A stretch of 64,000 nt of DNA, from NCBI GenBank assembly GCA_951406725.2, contig OX597829.1:40176001-40240000 (forward strand). The letters run 5' to 3'. This stretch comes from Octopus vulgaris. Its lineage: Eukaryota. This document shows, piece by piece, positions 12,354-24,717 of this stretch. The first letter of the stretch is position 1; each line of letters opens with the position of its first letter. The notes under the pieces were generated by a model, which did not search any database, was not told where the DNA came from, and saw only the letters and a list, made by a program, of their open reading frames with translations. The translations under genes were made by a program, and so were the position numbers.

Positions 12354-13350
12354 CACCTAGGATCCACTTTGACCAAGTATGGCAGATCTCAAAAGTAGAT
12401 ATCAACAAAACTCAGATTAGCTTCTGCTGCCACGTCGAAGCTGAACAACATATGGAAAAGCAATTTTATTAGTTTTCCAACAAGTTTCAGAGTGTACAAA
12501 TCCCTGGTAACTTCGAGTGTGAGAGCTGGACTCATACAGATGAGATGGAGTGAAGAATAACAGAGATTTGAGTACAAATGCTTCAGAAAGCTTCCACACA
12601 TCCCATACACAGGGCACAAAATTAAACTGCTCTGTCAGTCAGCAAGTCAACAAATACACACTGGCAGACAGGAACCACTCCTTACACATACTCTTTTACT
12701 CTTTTACTTGTTTCAGTCATTTGACTGCGGCCATGCTGTAGCACCGCCTTTAATCGAGCAAATCGACCTCGGGACTTATTCTTTGTAAGCCCAATACTTA
12801 TTCTATCGTTCTCTTTTGCTGAACTGCTAAGTTACGGGGACACAAACACACCAGCATCGGTTGTCAAGCAATGTTAGGGGGACAAACACAGACACACAAA
12901 CATACACGCACACACACATATATATATATATACATACATATATACGACGGGCTTCTTTCAGTTTCCGTCTACCAAATCCACTCACAAGGCTTTGGTCGGC
13001 CCGAGGCTATAGTAGAAGACACTTGCCCAAGGTACCACGCAGTGGGACTGAACCCGGAACCATGTGGTTGGTAAACAAGCTACTTACCACACAGCCACTC
13101 CTGTGCCTAGATGGAAGTTTTTCCTTGTACAGTTGGTTGTGTACCCCATCACAGCTCTGTGCTAAAAACCATTTTTTCAGGGGCACAGTCGTAGGAGGGT
13201 GAAAGAGAGGCAGACAGAGAACAACCTAATTTGACAACGTCAACGACTGCATAGGTCACAACATAGTGAACCTGCTACACATGTCAGAGAGCAGAGACCA
13301 GTGACAACATCTGACTATCAGAGTATCTAGAATTGCACCCCAGTAACTAG
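12354..13350 (+). pseudogene. Decayed RTE-clade LINE, RT C-terminal region, interrupted by SINE-B
   Basis: Manual translation with stops and frameshifts: [37 protein letters not shown]; after the SINE, GTVVGG*KRGRQR. These motifs are typical of the RTE ORF 3' end. Confidence 0.75.
12690..13108 (-). mobile_element. SINE family B (tRNA head, CORE-like domain, internal microsatellite), full length
   Basis: Reverse complement of GGCGCAGGAGTGGCTGTGTGGTAAG...GGTTCAGTCCC...CCTTGGGCAAGTGTCTT...(TA/TG)n...GAAACAAGTAAAAGAGTA. Confidence 0.9.
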
Positions 13351-13359
13351 CTGCATCAA

Positions 13360-13650
13360 TTAAGTGGTTAGGGCAGCGGACTCACGGTTGTAGGATCGTT
13401 GTTTCGATTCCCAGACTGGGTGTTCTGAGTGCTTATTGAGCGAAAACAGCTAAAGCTCCTGGAGGCTCCGGCAGGGAGTGATGGCAATCCCTGCTGTACT
13501 CTTTCACCACAACTTTCTCTCACTCTTTCTTCTGTTGGCCGACTTGCTTAGCCAGCGGGGTAGCGTCATTTGAAGGCTAAAACAATGCAAAGCGCATTGT
13601 GACCAGCGATGTGTAGCAACATCTATTAGCCTGGTCGGTCACGGTGATAG
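13360..13650 (+). mobile_element. SINE family D, tail type 2
   Basis: AGTGGTTAGGGCAGCGGACTC...GTTTCGATTCCCAGAC head and body shared with 27013; distinct tail ending GGTCACGGTGATA. Confidence 0.85.
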
Positions 13651-13693
13651 ATATATATATATCAAGATCGCTTATAAAGAGTATAAAATATAT

Positions 13694-13836
13694 ATTTCTT
13701 TACTACCCACAAGGGGCTAAATACAGAAGGGACAAACAAGGACAGACAAAGAGATTAAGTCGATTACATCGACCCCAGTGGGGACTGAATCCAGAACCAT
13801 GTGGTTGGTAAGCAACCTACTTACCACACAGCCACT

Positions 13837-13840
<4 letters not shown>
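13694..13840 (-). mobile_element. Chimeric SINE: family B head fused to family A tail
   Basis: Junction TCGACCC-CAGTG-GGACTGAA, where CAGTG is shared by both families. Confidence 0.8.
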
Positions 13841-13906
<66 letters not shown>

Positions 13907-16206
13907 CACATATATAAATGTTTGTTTTTATGTTCAGTTATAACAGAAACAATTTTACATTAATCTGAGGGATTACTCTGTACTTTTGTAGAGTACAAAT
14001 TTCTTATTCATGTACAAGAATATTGTAGTCCAATGATTGCTTAGCTGGCCAAAACTAATATTCTTGTTTAAGAATAATATATATATATATTATTCTTAAA
14101 CATTGTTTATACATTCTTAAATATTGTTTAAGAATAATATATATATATATATATATAATACACTAAAGTGTACAGTCAGATCCATGATGGGGGAGTCCGA
14201 AAAGCATAAAGTTCCAGTGGTAATCTGGGTTGAGCATAGGCTTCAAACATCAAAGACATTTCCATTGTTCCCGAGCATCAAATTAATACACCTGCTTGTT
14301 GTTCCCTCATCTGTGTTTGTCTTTTGTTTTCCTTGCTGGCGTGGCTGAATGTTTTGAGAGCAGCTGGCAAACCAGGGAACTGCATCTTGTTCTATTGTAG
14401 TTGGGTGCCCTTCCTAACACCAGCCTCTTTACAGAGTGTACTGCGTGCTTTTATGTGGCACCAGCATTAGTTGGGTCTCCAAGTAACTTGTAAGACGAGA
14501 TCCCGTCTGCCCTCAACTGAGTATTGCCAGAGATGGTGATGAGGGGGTTAAAATATAACAGAGGGAGGGACAGAAACAGGTGTCTTTCAGTAGAGGAGAT
14601 ACTTTGCTGCCCCCAGTTGGGAAAGAGAAAGGAGAAAACAGAAGGGAAAATGACAGAAAATGATGGTAAAGATATATCACTGGGGTGCACCCTCAAATTA
14701 CAGGGAGGTGAAAATAAGTGAAGTGGTACAAAAGAGAGAGGAGGCAGATGAGTTTGCAAGAGTGCAAAAGGAAAGCAGAAGGTGGAAGAGGAGTGAACAC
14801 TGAATGAAGATAGGGGAAAGAGAGAGATTTGTCAGGGACACATTGCATGCAGGGGTATAGACATATATAGACATAAACGTCATGCTTTTAGGCCCTCGAT
14901 TTTATATAGATGGACAGGTGTTCTCACGCACAGCAGATCACCAACCACCTCGGTCCTTTGTTATCTGTTCTGTAAGACTCATCATCCTAAAGTCTTTTTT
15001 CACCACTTCTCAGGTCATCCCCGTCTGCAGTTTTCATCCATTTAGTGAATGGGCTTCTTTTAGTTTCTGTCAATTATATATATGATGGGCTTCTTTCAGT
15101 TTCTGTTTATCAAATCCACTCACAAGGCTTTTGTAGAAAACACTTGCCTATGGTACCAGGTTAAAAAAAAGAACAGTCGATAGGAAAAGTCAGAAGTGTC
15201 CATGAAACTCAAACCCACATCTGTAAGCTTGACAGATGATAGTCATACATATACCTATTTCAATAATTTGTCTGTGCTTTTTATTTATTATTATTATTCC
15301 CATGTTTTACAAGATTTCAATTTGATGATGAATATGTGTGTGTGTCTAATATATATCATCATCATCATTTAATGTCCATTTTCCATGCTGGGTTGGCTTG
15401 GACGGTTTAACAGGATTTGAAAAATGTCCCAAGGACTGCATTGTGCTCCAGTGTCTGTTTGGTCATAGTTTCTGCAGATCGACCCAGTGCGTAGCTGGTA
15501 CTTAATTTATCGACTCCGAAAGGATGAAAAGCAAAGGCGACCTCGGCGGAATTTGAACTCAGAACGTAACGGCAGACGAAATACGGCTATGCATTTCGCC
15601 CGGCGTGCCAACGTTTCTGCCAGCCGGCCTTCCTAATACCAACAACTTTACAGTGTGTACTGTGTGCTTTTCACATGCCACCAGCACTAGTATGGTTGCC
15701 ATGCAGCTTTGCAAGACTCTGAAGTCCAAGAGTTAGGAGTGCAGCTTTGTGCAGCAGTACAAAAGAAAGGGAGGGGCTACAGTACAAAAGGAAGGGTGGG
15801 GCATAACAAGTTCTTGTTGTAGAGGAGAGAGGATGAGAATGATCAGTAGGAGCTGCAAAGAGATGAATAAGGGTCATGGGGTGGTATGCAGGTGGCACCT
15901 CAAGGTATGAGGTGAGTAGAAATGAGTGAGAACAGAGAAGCTAGGAGTGTGAGTGAGCGAGGGTTTGTAATAGTGTAAGTGGGTGAGGGGAGATATAGGA
16001 GTATGGAGGAAAGGAGGATAGGTAGGGAACATCTATAAAGATTAAGTAAGCAGAGTGGATGTGGGGATGGAGGTGCAGGAGTTGGGGGAAGGTACAAGGG
16101 AACGGGGTGGTGGTGGAATAGTGGAGGGTAGGTAGTAAGAGGAATGTTGATACATTTGAGAGGGGAAGATGAAAGAGGAATGACATGTGGTTGGGTAGGC
16201 TGCTGG

Positions 16207-16268
<62 letters not shown>

Positions 16269-16544
16269 GCAGGTTTTGTGTATGAGGAAAGGTAATTTGG
16301 TGGTCAGTGGAGGAAGTGGGGAGGAGGTGGTTTAGGTGGGCGGGGTGGGTGGAGAGATGATCTGTGCAACAAATGAGTGTGGAGCACAATATCAATCTAT
16401 AGAAAAAGAATGGCAAACAAGCAAAATGGTTCTGGGTGGCCTGAGAAGAAAGTGATATTAGGGAAAGTTGCTGTGATAGAGATGGTGGGAGTGTGGGACT
16501 GGGGAGTTCATGTGAGGAGGAGATTGGGTGAAGTATATATAATA

Positions 16545-16708
16545 TACCTATTTCTTTACTACCCACAAGGGGCTAAACGTAGAGGGGACAAACAAGGACA
16601 GACAAAGGGGTTAAGTCGATTACATCGACCCCAGTGCGTAACTGGTACTTATTTAATCGACCCCGAAAGGATGAAAGGCAAAGTCGACCTCGGCGGAATT
16701 TGAACTCA
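16545..16708 (-). mobile_element. SINE family A, 5'-truncated
   Basis: Single body matching the other copies. Confidence 0.9.
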
Positions 16709-17075
16709 CAAAGAGTCGAAAGGATGGAGAGCATGGTTAGTGTCATGGATGTGTGAGGGGAGGGAAGCTACTAGTGGAGCAAGGACACGGGTGAGGTATT
16801 TTGAGATCAATTCTGTGGGGCAATTACAGGCAGAGATAAGGGGTAGCCAGTGTTGTTGGGCTTGTGGATTTTGGGAAGGAAATAAATGGTGGGGGTGCAT
16901 GGAGTGCAGACAATGAGGTTAGAGGTGGTAGGAGGGAGACGGGAGGAGGAGATGGGGTCATGGATAGTGGAGGGCAGAGGGCAATAAGAGGAGGTATCTT
17001 GAAGTTGGAGAGCTTCAGCCTTGTAGAGGTCTGCGCACCACACCGCCATGGCTCCACCCTTGTCAGCTAGTCTTT
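16709..17075 (-). pseudogene. Decayed Penelope-like element reverse transcriptase fragment
   Basis: Motifs ADKGGA, YFLPKIHKP and PLISACNCPTELISKYL..LAPLVASLPSHI, spread over frameshifted ORFs. Confidence 0.85.
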
Positions 17076-17539
17076 GTGGCGTCAGAGACATCGAATTCAG
17101 TCAGGTCTGCCACCTGTATACTGAGAGGAAAGTATTTGACCTGTACATACTCCATCCCCTCATCCTATGGCCCCACATCCAGTATTTCTTCTCTCTATTC
17201 TTCTGAATAATGATGCTTGAATGGGGAGGGAGAGATTGCATCATATCTATTACTATCTGATAGAGTCCGCCCCTAATTACCTTTGTGAGCCACCCACCTG
17301 CTTCATCATTACCTCCTCTCCTTCAGCTCACTTTTTGATTGACATCTTTCACTCTCTTTCTGTCACTATCTTGATTATCTGACACCTGTGATCATCCTTA
17401 CTAACATTCCCTCCCCTTACTATACCATTGGGATGCCACTACTTGACTAACATTATCTCCCTTTACTATGCCACTAGAGGTCCCTCCCTTTCTCTCAGGT
17501 CATGCTTTACAGGCATCCATTTTAGTTTCTTATCACTAA

Positions 17540-17773
17540 CCTATTTCTTTACTACCCACTAGGGGCTACACACAGAGGGGACAAACAAGGACAGACAAAG
17601 GGATTAAGCCAATTATATCGACCTCAGTGTGTAACTGGTACTTATTTAATCGACCCCGAAAGGATGAAAGGCAAAGTCAACCTCGGCGGAATTTGAACTC
17701 AGAACATAGCGGCAGACGAAATGCCATTAAGTAATTCGCCCGGTATGTTAACAATTCTGCCAGCTTGCCGCCT
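17540..17773 (-). mobile_element. SINE family A monomer, followed by a partial SINE-B head (17778-17897)
   Basis: Body and head match the other copies. Confidence 0.85.
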
Positions 17774-17923
17774 ACACACTTTGGTCGGCCCAAGACTATA
17801 GTAGAAGACACTTGCCCAGGGTGCCACACAGTGGGACTAAAGCCGGAACCATGTGGTTGGTAAGCAAGCTACTTACCACACAGCCGCTCCCACGCCTACT
17901 TATCTCTAACCATTCCATTTCAG

Positions 17924-17977
17924 ATGATTGTAACAACGGTGAAAATAATATCAATGTTTATTGGTCGATGCAATTGG
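17924..17977 (+). other. Candidate 54-nt internal exon with GC donor
   Basis: Branch-like CTCTAAC (17904), acceptor TTCCATTTCAG, donor GG/GCAAGT; phase-0 translation MIVTTVKIISMFIGRCNW. Confidence 0.25.
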
Positions 17978-18099
17978 GCAAGTCTATATCTGTATTATCA
18001 GACAATTGCAAAAAATGTTTATAAAAAATTCTAAACTCTGCAAAAATCTGCTACAAATTCTTCATGGTTCAAAACATTGCTTACTTTTTACTCATATAT

Positions 18100-18320
18100 A
18101 TACAGACCGCCATGTTGAATCGTTAGCTCTTGCACGCATTTTTTTTCTCTCCTTGTTTCTCTCTGTCTGTCTTTTCTGTGTATCTTTCTGTTGAAGAGCG
18201 TAGGCTCGAAACGTAAAAGACTTGTTTTATTTCTATTCCTGAGCGCCATACTAATACAATTGTTTGTTTGTACTCCACCTGCCTTCGTCTTTTGTTTATT
18301 TTCGTAAAGCTTCCCGTTAT
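18100..18320 (+). mobile_element. Short Penelope-like pseudo-LTR element with minimal hammerhead motif (core variant CTGTTGA)
   Basis: TCTTT-CTGTTGA-A-GAGC-GTAG-GCTC-GAAA-CGTA-AAAGA at 18183-18220; homologous to 62092-62282. Confidence 0.6.
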
Positions 18321-18662
18321 ATATGTGTGTATGTGTGTGTGTGAATCAATATGTATACAGGTGTGTGCATATATGTATTTTAGACACCTTTTGGTTATGA
18401 ATGACGATGGGATTGCAACTACAAAATTTACCACCAAGCCACAAGTCCAGGCAAGGTTTATGGAAGGCCAGCAGTTGCTCATGTAATACAAGGTAAAGGC
18501 AAAAGGCTGATACAGCTTGGTACCTGTGATGTTGCAACTCATTTCTACAGCTGAGTGAACTGGAGTAACATGAAATAAAGAGTCTTGCTCAAGAACACAA
18601 CATACAGCCCGGTCCGGGAACCGAACTCACATATATATATATATATATAAGTATATATGTGG

Positions 18663-18733
<71 letters not shown>

Positions 18734-19009
18734 GTTTACCTCATAAGAAGTTAGAAACTTCAAGGGAAAGCGAAATAATTGAGTTTTTTTTTAAAGGTTG
18801 AAGTGAAAATAGATAGAGCTATAAATAATTATAACAGGGAAAAGAAAGTTCCATGTGTAGTCTTTGATGTTTTCCATCAAAAAGGGGTTTCTAACACAAT
18901 ATTTACAGACTGGTATTACTTTTAAGCCTTGACTTTATCTACTTCAAGTTCAACCTAAAAAATAGACTATATATATAATGTATATATCTATTACTGTTTG
19001 TGTTCACAC

Positions 19010-19054
<45 letters not shown>

Positions 19055-19283
19055 CGCATGCATGTGTGTGCATGCTTGTATATCAAATATGATTTGACAG
19101 TAAATTCAAGTTTTATTTGTGAGAATTTTATGTAAAGGGTTTCACTATGTAAATGAGCCTTGAGTGGCAAGCTTTGAAATCTGTTCCCTTACATACACAC
19201 ATACATACATATATACATACATACATATATTCACATGAACATATGTTCATACCATACATGTATATGTAAGCACATATGTATGC

Positions 19284-19332
<49 letters not shown>

Positions 19333-19787
19333 TACACATAGCCATATATATATCTATATATGAATGCATGTACATAGATATATTAAAATATGCATAAATA
19401 CATGTATGCATGATATAATAGGACTCTACCAACCTGTATTGAGACTTTTAATCAGTAAACGATTGATATATAAAATTTATATATGATATACGAATGTGCG
19501 TGGCACACACACACACATATATAAAATTTAGATTCAGATGAATATGGTACTTAAGTTGAGGCGCGAGAATTTAGTATGGTATTATCCATACAATTTAAAG
19601 TAAGGTGATTAAAATCAAAATAAGCAACAAGGATATCCAGAGGTAATGCAGTATGATCGTTTCATGCAACTCCATTTATTTGAACAATGCAATCATTACA
19701 TCAATTTGAAATGTAGAGCAATCGCATGAAACACTCGTACTGCATTACCTTGTTGCTTATTTTGACTTTATATATATATATATATAT

Positions 19788-19969
19788 CATCATCATCATC
19801 ATTGTTTAACGTCCGTTCTCCATGCTAGCATGGGTTGGACGGTTCAACCGGGGATCTGGGAAGCCAGAAGGCTGCACCAGGCTCCGGTCTTATCTGGCAA
19901 TGTTTCTACAGCTGGATGCCCTTCCTAACGCCAACCACTCCGTAAGTGTAGTGGGTGCTTTTTACGTGC

Positions 19970-19972
<3 letters not shown>
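19788..19972 (-). mobile_element. SINE family C
   Basis: (CAT)n tail with CCATGCTAGCATGGGTTGGACGG...GGATGCCCTTCCTAACGCCAACC. Confidence 0.85.
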
Positions 19973-20014
<42 letters not shown>

Positions 20015-20294
20015 TTATATGTATGTATATATGTAGGTATCACACATATACCTCTGCAAAGAATAACTCGTACGTGAATGGGCTACAGAGTTCAAAGTAT
20101 GACTGTAACATGAAGATGGTTCAGTGTGTTTTCCAGATGGTACTATTAAGTTAGTCATGGCCTGGGGCCTATACTGGCTGAAACCTGTTAAAGCATATAT
20201 ATCATCATCATCATCATTTGCTGTCCATCATGTTCCATGCGGGCATAGGTTAGATGGTTTGACAGGAACTGTTTCCCCCTCCCCCCTCCCCCCA

Positions 20295-20711
20295 AGGCGG
20301 CGAGATGGCAGAAACGTTACCATGCCAGGCGAAATGCATAGCCGTATTTCGTCTGCCGTTACTTTCTGAGTTCTAATTCCACCGAGGTCAACTTTGCCTT
20401 TCATCCTTTCGGAGTCGATAAATTAAGTACCAGTTACGCACTGGGGTCGATGTAATGGACTTAATCTGTTTGTCTGTACTTATTTGTCCTCTCTGTGTTT
20501 AGCCCCTTGTGGGTAGTAAAGAAATAGTTATTTCGTCTGCCGTTACGTTCTGAGTTCAAATTCCACCAAGGTCAACTTTGCCTTTCATCCTTTCGGGGTC
20601 AATAAATTAAGTACCAGTTACGCACTGGGTCGATGTAATTGACTTAATCCGTTTGTCTGTTTGTCTTTGTTTGTCCCCTCTATCTTTAGCCCCTTGTGGA
20701 CAATAAAGAAT
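20295..20711 (+). mobile_element. SINE family A dimer inserted in a degenerate SINE-C
   Basis: Head plus two bodies; AGGAACTGTT on both sides (20265 and 20714). Confidence 0.85.
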
Positions 20712-21091
20712 TAAGGAACTGTTGGCCCCCAAGTACTGCATCATGCTTCAGTTTGGTTTCTATAGCTGGATGCTCTTCCTATTTATACACACACACACAA
20801 AATATATATACACATATATATATATATATATATATATATGCCACTCTTTGATTTGTGTCTGTGCATTAATGTGTGTGAATGTTGAAATCTCATGGCTTCT
20901 TTTGAATGAAATAGTCATATCATGTTTACATTCCATATTGGTTATTGTGAATGGTCACAATAAAAGCCATTGTGTACCTGAAAAGTAAGTTAAGATTTGT
21001 CAATGAAAACGCCATCAAGACATGATATTCTGTCTCAGATAAACTCTCATACAATCTATGCTAGCACGAGAAAATTTATTTAAAAATGAAT

Positions 21092-21405
21092 GATATCATC
21101 ATCGTCATTGTTCGACCGTGGTAAAGACAATTGAATTTACTATGCTTCACCAGACTTCACAGTCCATCATAGCATTACGGAGGTCCTGTCGCTGGATGCC
21201 TGTATCCCTGGAGATTACATCAGGGTAGGAGAGTGTGCGCCCTCTGGTATTGCGAGTAGATGGCTTCCAGAGGAGAAGAGCAGAAATTACCTCGTTTTCA
21301 GCTCTACAACAATGTCCAGCAAACTGGACTCTTCTACCTTTCACAAGAGATGATACAGGTGGTAATTTCCCATATATTTGTACTTTGGTTGGATGACGCT
21401 TCCAC
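21092..21405 (-). pseudogene. 3' end of an RTE-like LINE
   Basis: ORF 21147-21344 RRVQFAGHCCRAENEVISALLLWKP...DLRNAMMD followed by a (GAT)n tail. Confidence 0.75.
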
Positions 21406-21417
21406 GAGAGATATGTA

Positions 21418-21613
21418 TGAAGTGGTGTTGAAAAGTTCCTGGCTTTGGGTAAAAGAAAATACAGAAGAATCAGTTAATTATGATTTTATTCACACATTTA
21501 TTGCAGTGGTCCCTCAGTTTTTCTAAGTCCTGTAAAAAAAACTTGGATGTTTGGTCCTCCAACCAGGCCTTTTGTGATACTCTTAAAACCAGGAACTTTT
21601 CAGTACTACCTCA
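21418..21613. mobile_element. Tc1/mariner-type MITE
   Basis: TIRs TGAAGTGGTGTTGAAAAGTTCCTGG and CCAGGAACTTTTCAGTACTACCTCA, each flanked by TA. Confidence 0.8.
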
Positions 21614-21753
21614 TATGTGAACACACACAAGTTAGTATAACTGATAAAAAGAGTGAGTAAACTTACTGTGAAAAGAGAGAGAATCCAGTTTCAGAGTCCT
21701 TTAGGGAAAAGTTGAAAGAGAAATAAATGAGAGACAGCAGAATTTTACATCCT

Positions 21754-21982
21754 TTAACCCTTTAGTGTTCTGATTATTCTATCAAACATAATGCTTATTG
21801 ATTCCCATTGATTTGAATTAATCATGCATTATCTCATATCTTCAAAGATCTTGATGGTGTAATTACTTAATGTAGAATAAACATTGTAGGGTAGGTGTGA
21901 GAACCTGGATCTGGTCAGTTTGAACATAAAACAGATTAAATATTTTGGCTGGATATGGCCGGTTTAAATACTAAAGGGTTAA
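21754..21982 (+). mobile_element. piggyBac-type MITE (family P)
   Basis: TTAA-CCCTTTAG...CTAAAGGG-TTAA; nearly identical to 40201-40427. Confidence 0.9.
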
Positions 21983-22288
21983 GTTGAAAAAAAAGATAAA
22001 GAATACTAGCTGCAAAAGTACTCAAGTACAGGTAAAAATAGGTAATCTAATTACTGAGGCTTCCATGAGACATTCAGCAAAGTGGAACAGAATGGTTATG
22101 GTTCGCCTTGAGACAGGATCCTCCAAAAATTGATCTGTGGCTATGATATTTATTTATCTTCCTTCTGTCATAAGAAGGGTCCCACCTGAGAGTTGTGTGC
22201 CCTTCATTGGAGCTCCAAGAATTTAGATCAATGCATTGGCCCAAATTGTTCGCTCCTTATAGGGCTATTCTATTACATTTAAGTTTAC

Positions 22289-22511
22289 AAGGCAGTGAGC
22301 TGGCAGAAACGTTAGCACATCGGGCGAAATGTTTATTGGTATTTTGTCTGTCTTTACGTTCTAAGTTCAAATTCTGCTGAGGTCGACTTGGCCTTTCATC
22401 CTTTCGGGGTTGATTAATTAAGTACTAATTGCATACAGGGGTCGATCTAATCGACTGACCCCCTCCCCGCCAAAAAAATTTCAGGCCTTGTGTCTAGAGT
22501 AGAAAAGATTA
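22289..22511 (+). mobile_element. SINE family A, alternative-tail variant
   Basis: Same head and core; tail ...GGCCTTGTGTCTAGAGTAGAAAAGA, also found in the last unit at 826-890. Confidence 0.85.
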
Positions 22512-22756
22512 CTTTTAAGTTTATAGAATTTCCACATGTTAAGGAGACATTAAAGCAATCACATGCAAACTACAGCCCCTGGAATTTTCTGAGTGGCACA
22601 CCTAGTAAAAAAAAAAAAAAATTACCTTGAATTTTTTAGTATTGCAGCTTGTCTGATGATGAGTTATGCTATGTGGCCTGCTTCTTGGAAAAATTGCCCT
22701 TGCCTGCACTAGAGTAACAGGTCATGAGATCAGTAATACACACACACACACACACA

Positions 22757-22940
22757 TCATCATCATCATCATCATTGTTTAACATTTGCTTTCCATGCTA
22801 GCATGGGTTGGACGGTTCGACTGGGGTCCTGGAAGCCAGGAGGCTACACCAGACTCCAGTCTGATCTGGCAGAGTTTCTACAGCTGGATGCCCTTCATAA
22901 CGCCAACCACTCCGTGAGTGTAGTGGGTGCTTTTTACGTG
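22757..22940 (-). mobile_element. SINE family C
   Basis: Same motifs as the 19788 copy. Confidence 0.85.
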
Positions 22941-23262
22941 TAAGCACACAGTCATGGACTGGGCTTTGGGATCTAAAAAGTTTGTTTTGCTCCTGTGTGG
23001 CTTTGGTTTCAGTCTCAGTGTTGTACTTTAGAACTGTGTCTCCTGTGGGTCAACAAATGCCTTGTTAGTGAATTTGGCCGATGTTAACTATGTGCAAGCT
23101 CATCCTATGCACACACATCAGATGGGTATGTGTGTGTGTGTGTGTATTTGTGTCTCACCACTTAAGGAACTGTTGGCTCCCAAGTACTGCATCATGCTTC
23201 AGTTTGGTTTCTAAAGCTGGATGCTCTTCCTACTTATACACACACACACACAAAATATATAT

Positions 23263-23294
<32 letters not shown>

Positions 23295-23792
23295 GCCACT
23301 CTTTGATTTGTGTCTGTGCATTAATGTGTGTTTTTTTTTGCTGGTTTTTTTTTTTGTTTTTGATTTTGTAAAACTTTGCTGTTCAACAAACTGATCACAT
23401 ATTGAACTTAGCAAAAAAAAAAAAAAAAAAAAATGTAGTGGAATCGATTGGATTGAATAAACTGGTTCAATGCGTTACTCCAGCATGCTCATGGTCCCGT
23501 GTACTACTAGTGTACTACTGATAAAAGAAAAGAATATATGCACACATACACACACACAAACACACACAATGATTCAACTTCCGTTTTGCTGGTGATACAG
23601 GTTCACCCTTGCAAGCCTCACAAGACTCTAACTCAGATGGAACTGGGTCAAACATTAAAAAAAAAACATGCAATTACTCCCCCAAATGTTTTGTACCTCT
23701 CTCTTTCGTGTGTCTGCTCGTGTCTACCTGTCATTTGGTACCCCAATTTTTATGCTTATTTCACCTATTTTGGTTAAGCTTGCTGGCCGCTC

Positions 23793-23840
<48 letters not shown>

Positions 23841-23871
23841 TATTATTATTACTATTATTATTATTATTATT

Positions 23872-23902
<31 letters not shown>

Positions 23903-24033
23903 TTTATAATAATAAGGAAATCGTATTTTAATTATATATATATATATGTATGTATGTATATATATGTATGATGATGATGATGATGTATGTATGTATATAT
24001 ATGTATGTATGTATATATATATATATACATATG

Positions 24034-24065
<32 letters not shown>

Positions 24066-24125
24066 TATATATATATATACATATGTTTGTATGTATATAT
24101 ATGTATGTATATATATATGTATATA

Positions 24126-24174
<49 letters not shown>

Positions 24175-24197
24175 GTATGTATATATATGTATGTATG

Positions 24198-24236
<39 letters not shown>

Positions 24237-24237
<1 letters not shown>

Positions 24238-24464
24238 GCGAGCTGGCAGACACGTTAGCGCGCCGGGCGAAATGCTTAGCAGTATTTCGTCTGTCGTTAC
24301 GTTCTGAGTTCAAATTCCGCCGAGGTCGACTTTGCTTTTCATCCTTTCGGGGTCGATAAATAAAGTACCAGTTACGCACTGGGGTCGATGTAATCGACTT
24401 AATCCCTTTGTCTGTCCTTGTTTGTCCCCCTCTATGTTTAGCCCCTAGTGGGCAATAAAGAAAT
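24237..24464 (+). mobile_element. SINE family A monomer
   Basis: Complete head and body. Confidence 0.9.
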
Positions 24465-24469
24465 ATATA

Positions 24470-24520
<51 letters not shown>

Positions 24521-24597
24521 GTATATATTAGGTATGGTGATGCAAACAGGAAAAACAAACCTCAAAACATGAGCATATGTACATCGTTATTAATATT

Positions 24598-24717
24598 TAG
24601 CAGAAGCAACAGAGTGACTCAAAGACCAAGAGTTTGATGCGTTGGCACTTATGAAAAATTTGGTAAGTGCCAACGCACGAACCTCTCGGTCCTAGAGTCA
24701 CTCTGCTACTTCTGCTA
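24598..24717. other. 120-bp imperfect hairpin (fold-back MITE or structured RNA)
   Basis: Arms of about 54 bp, TAGCAGAAG...TGCGTTGGCACTTA and TAAGTGCCAACGCA...CTTCTGCTA, with a 12-nt loop. Confidence 0.85.
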
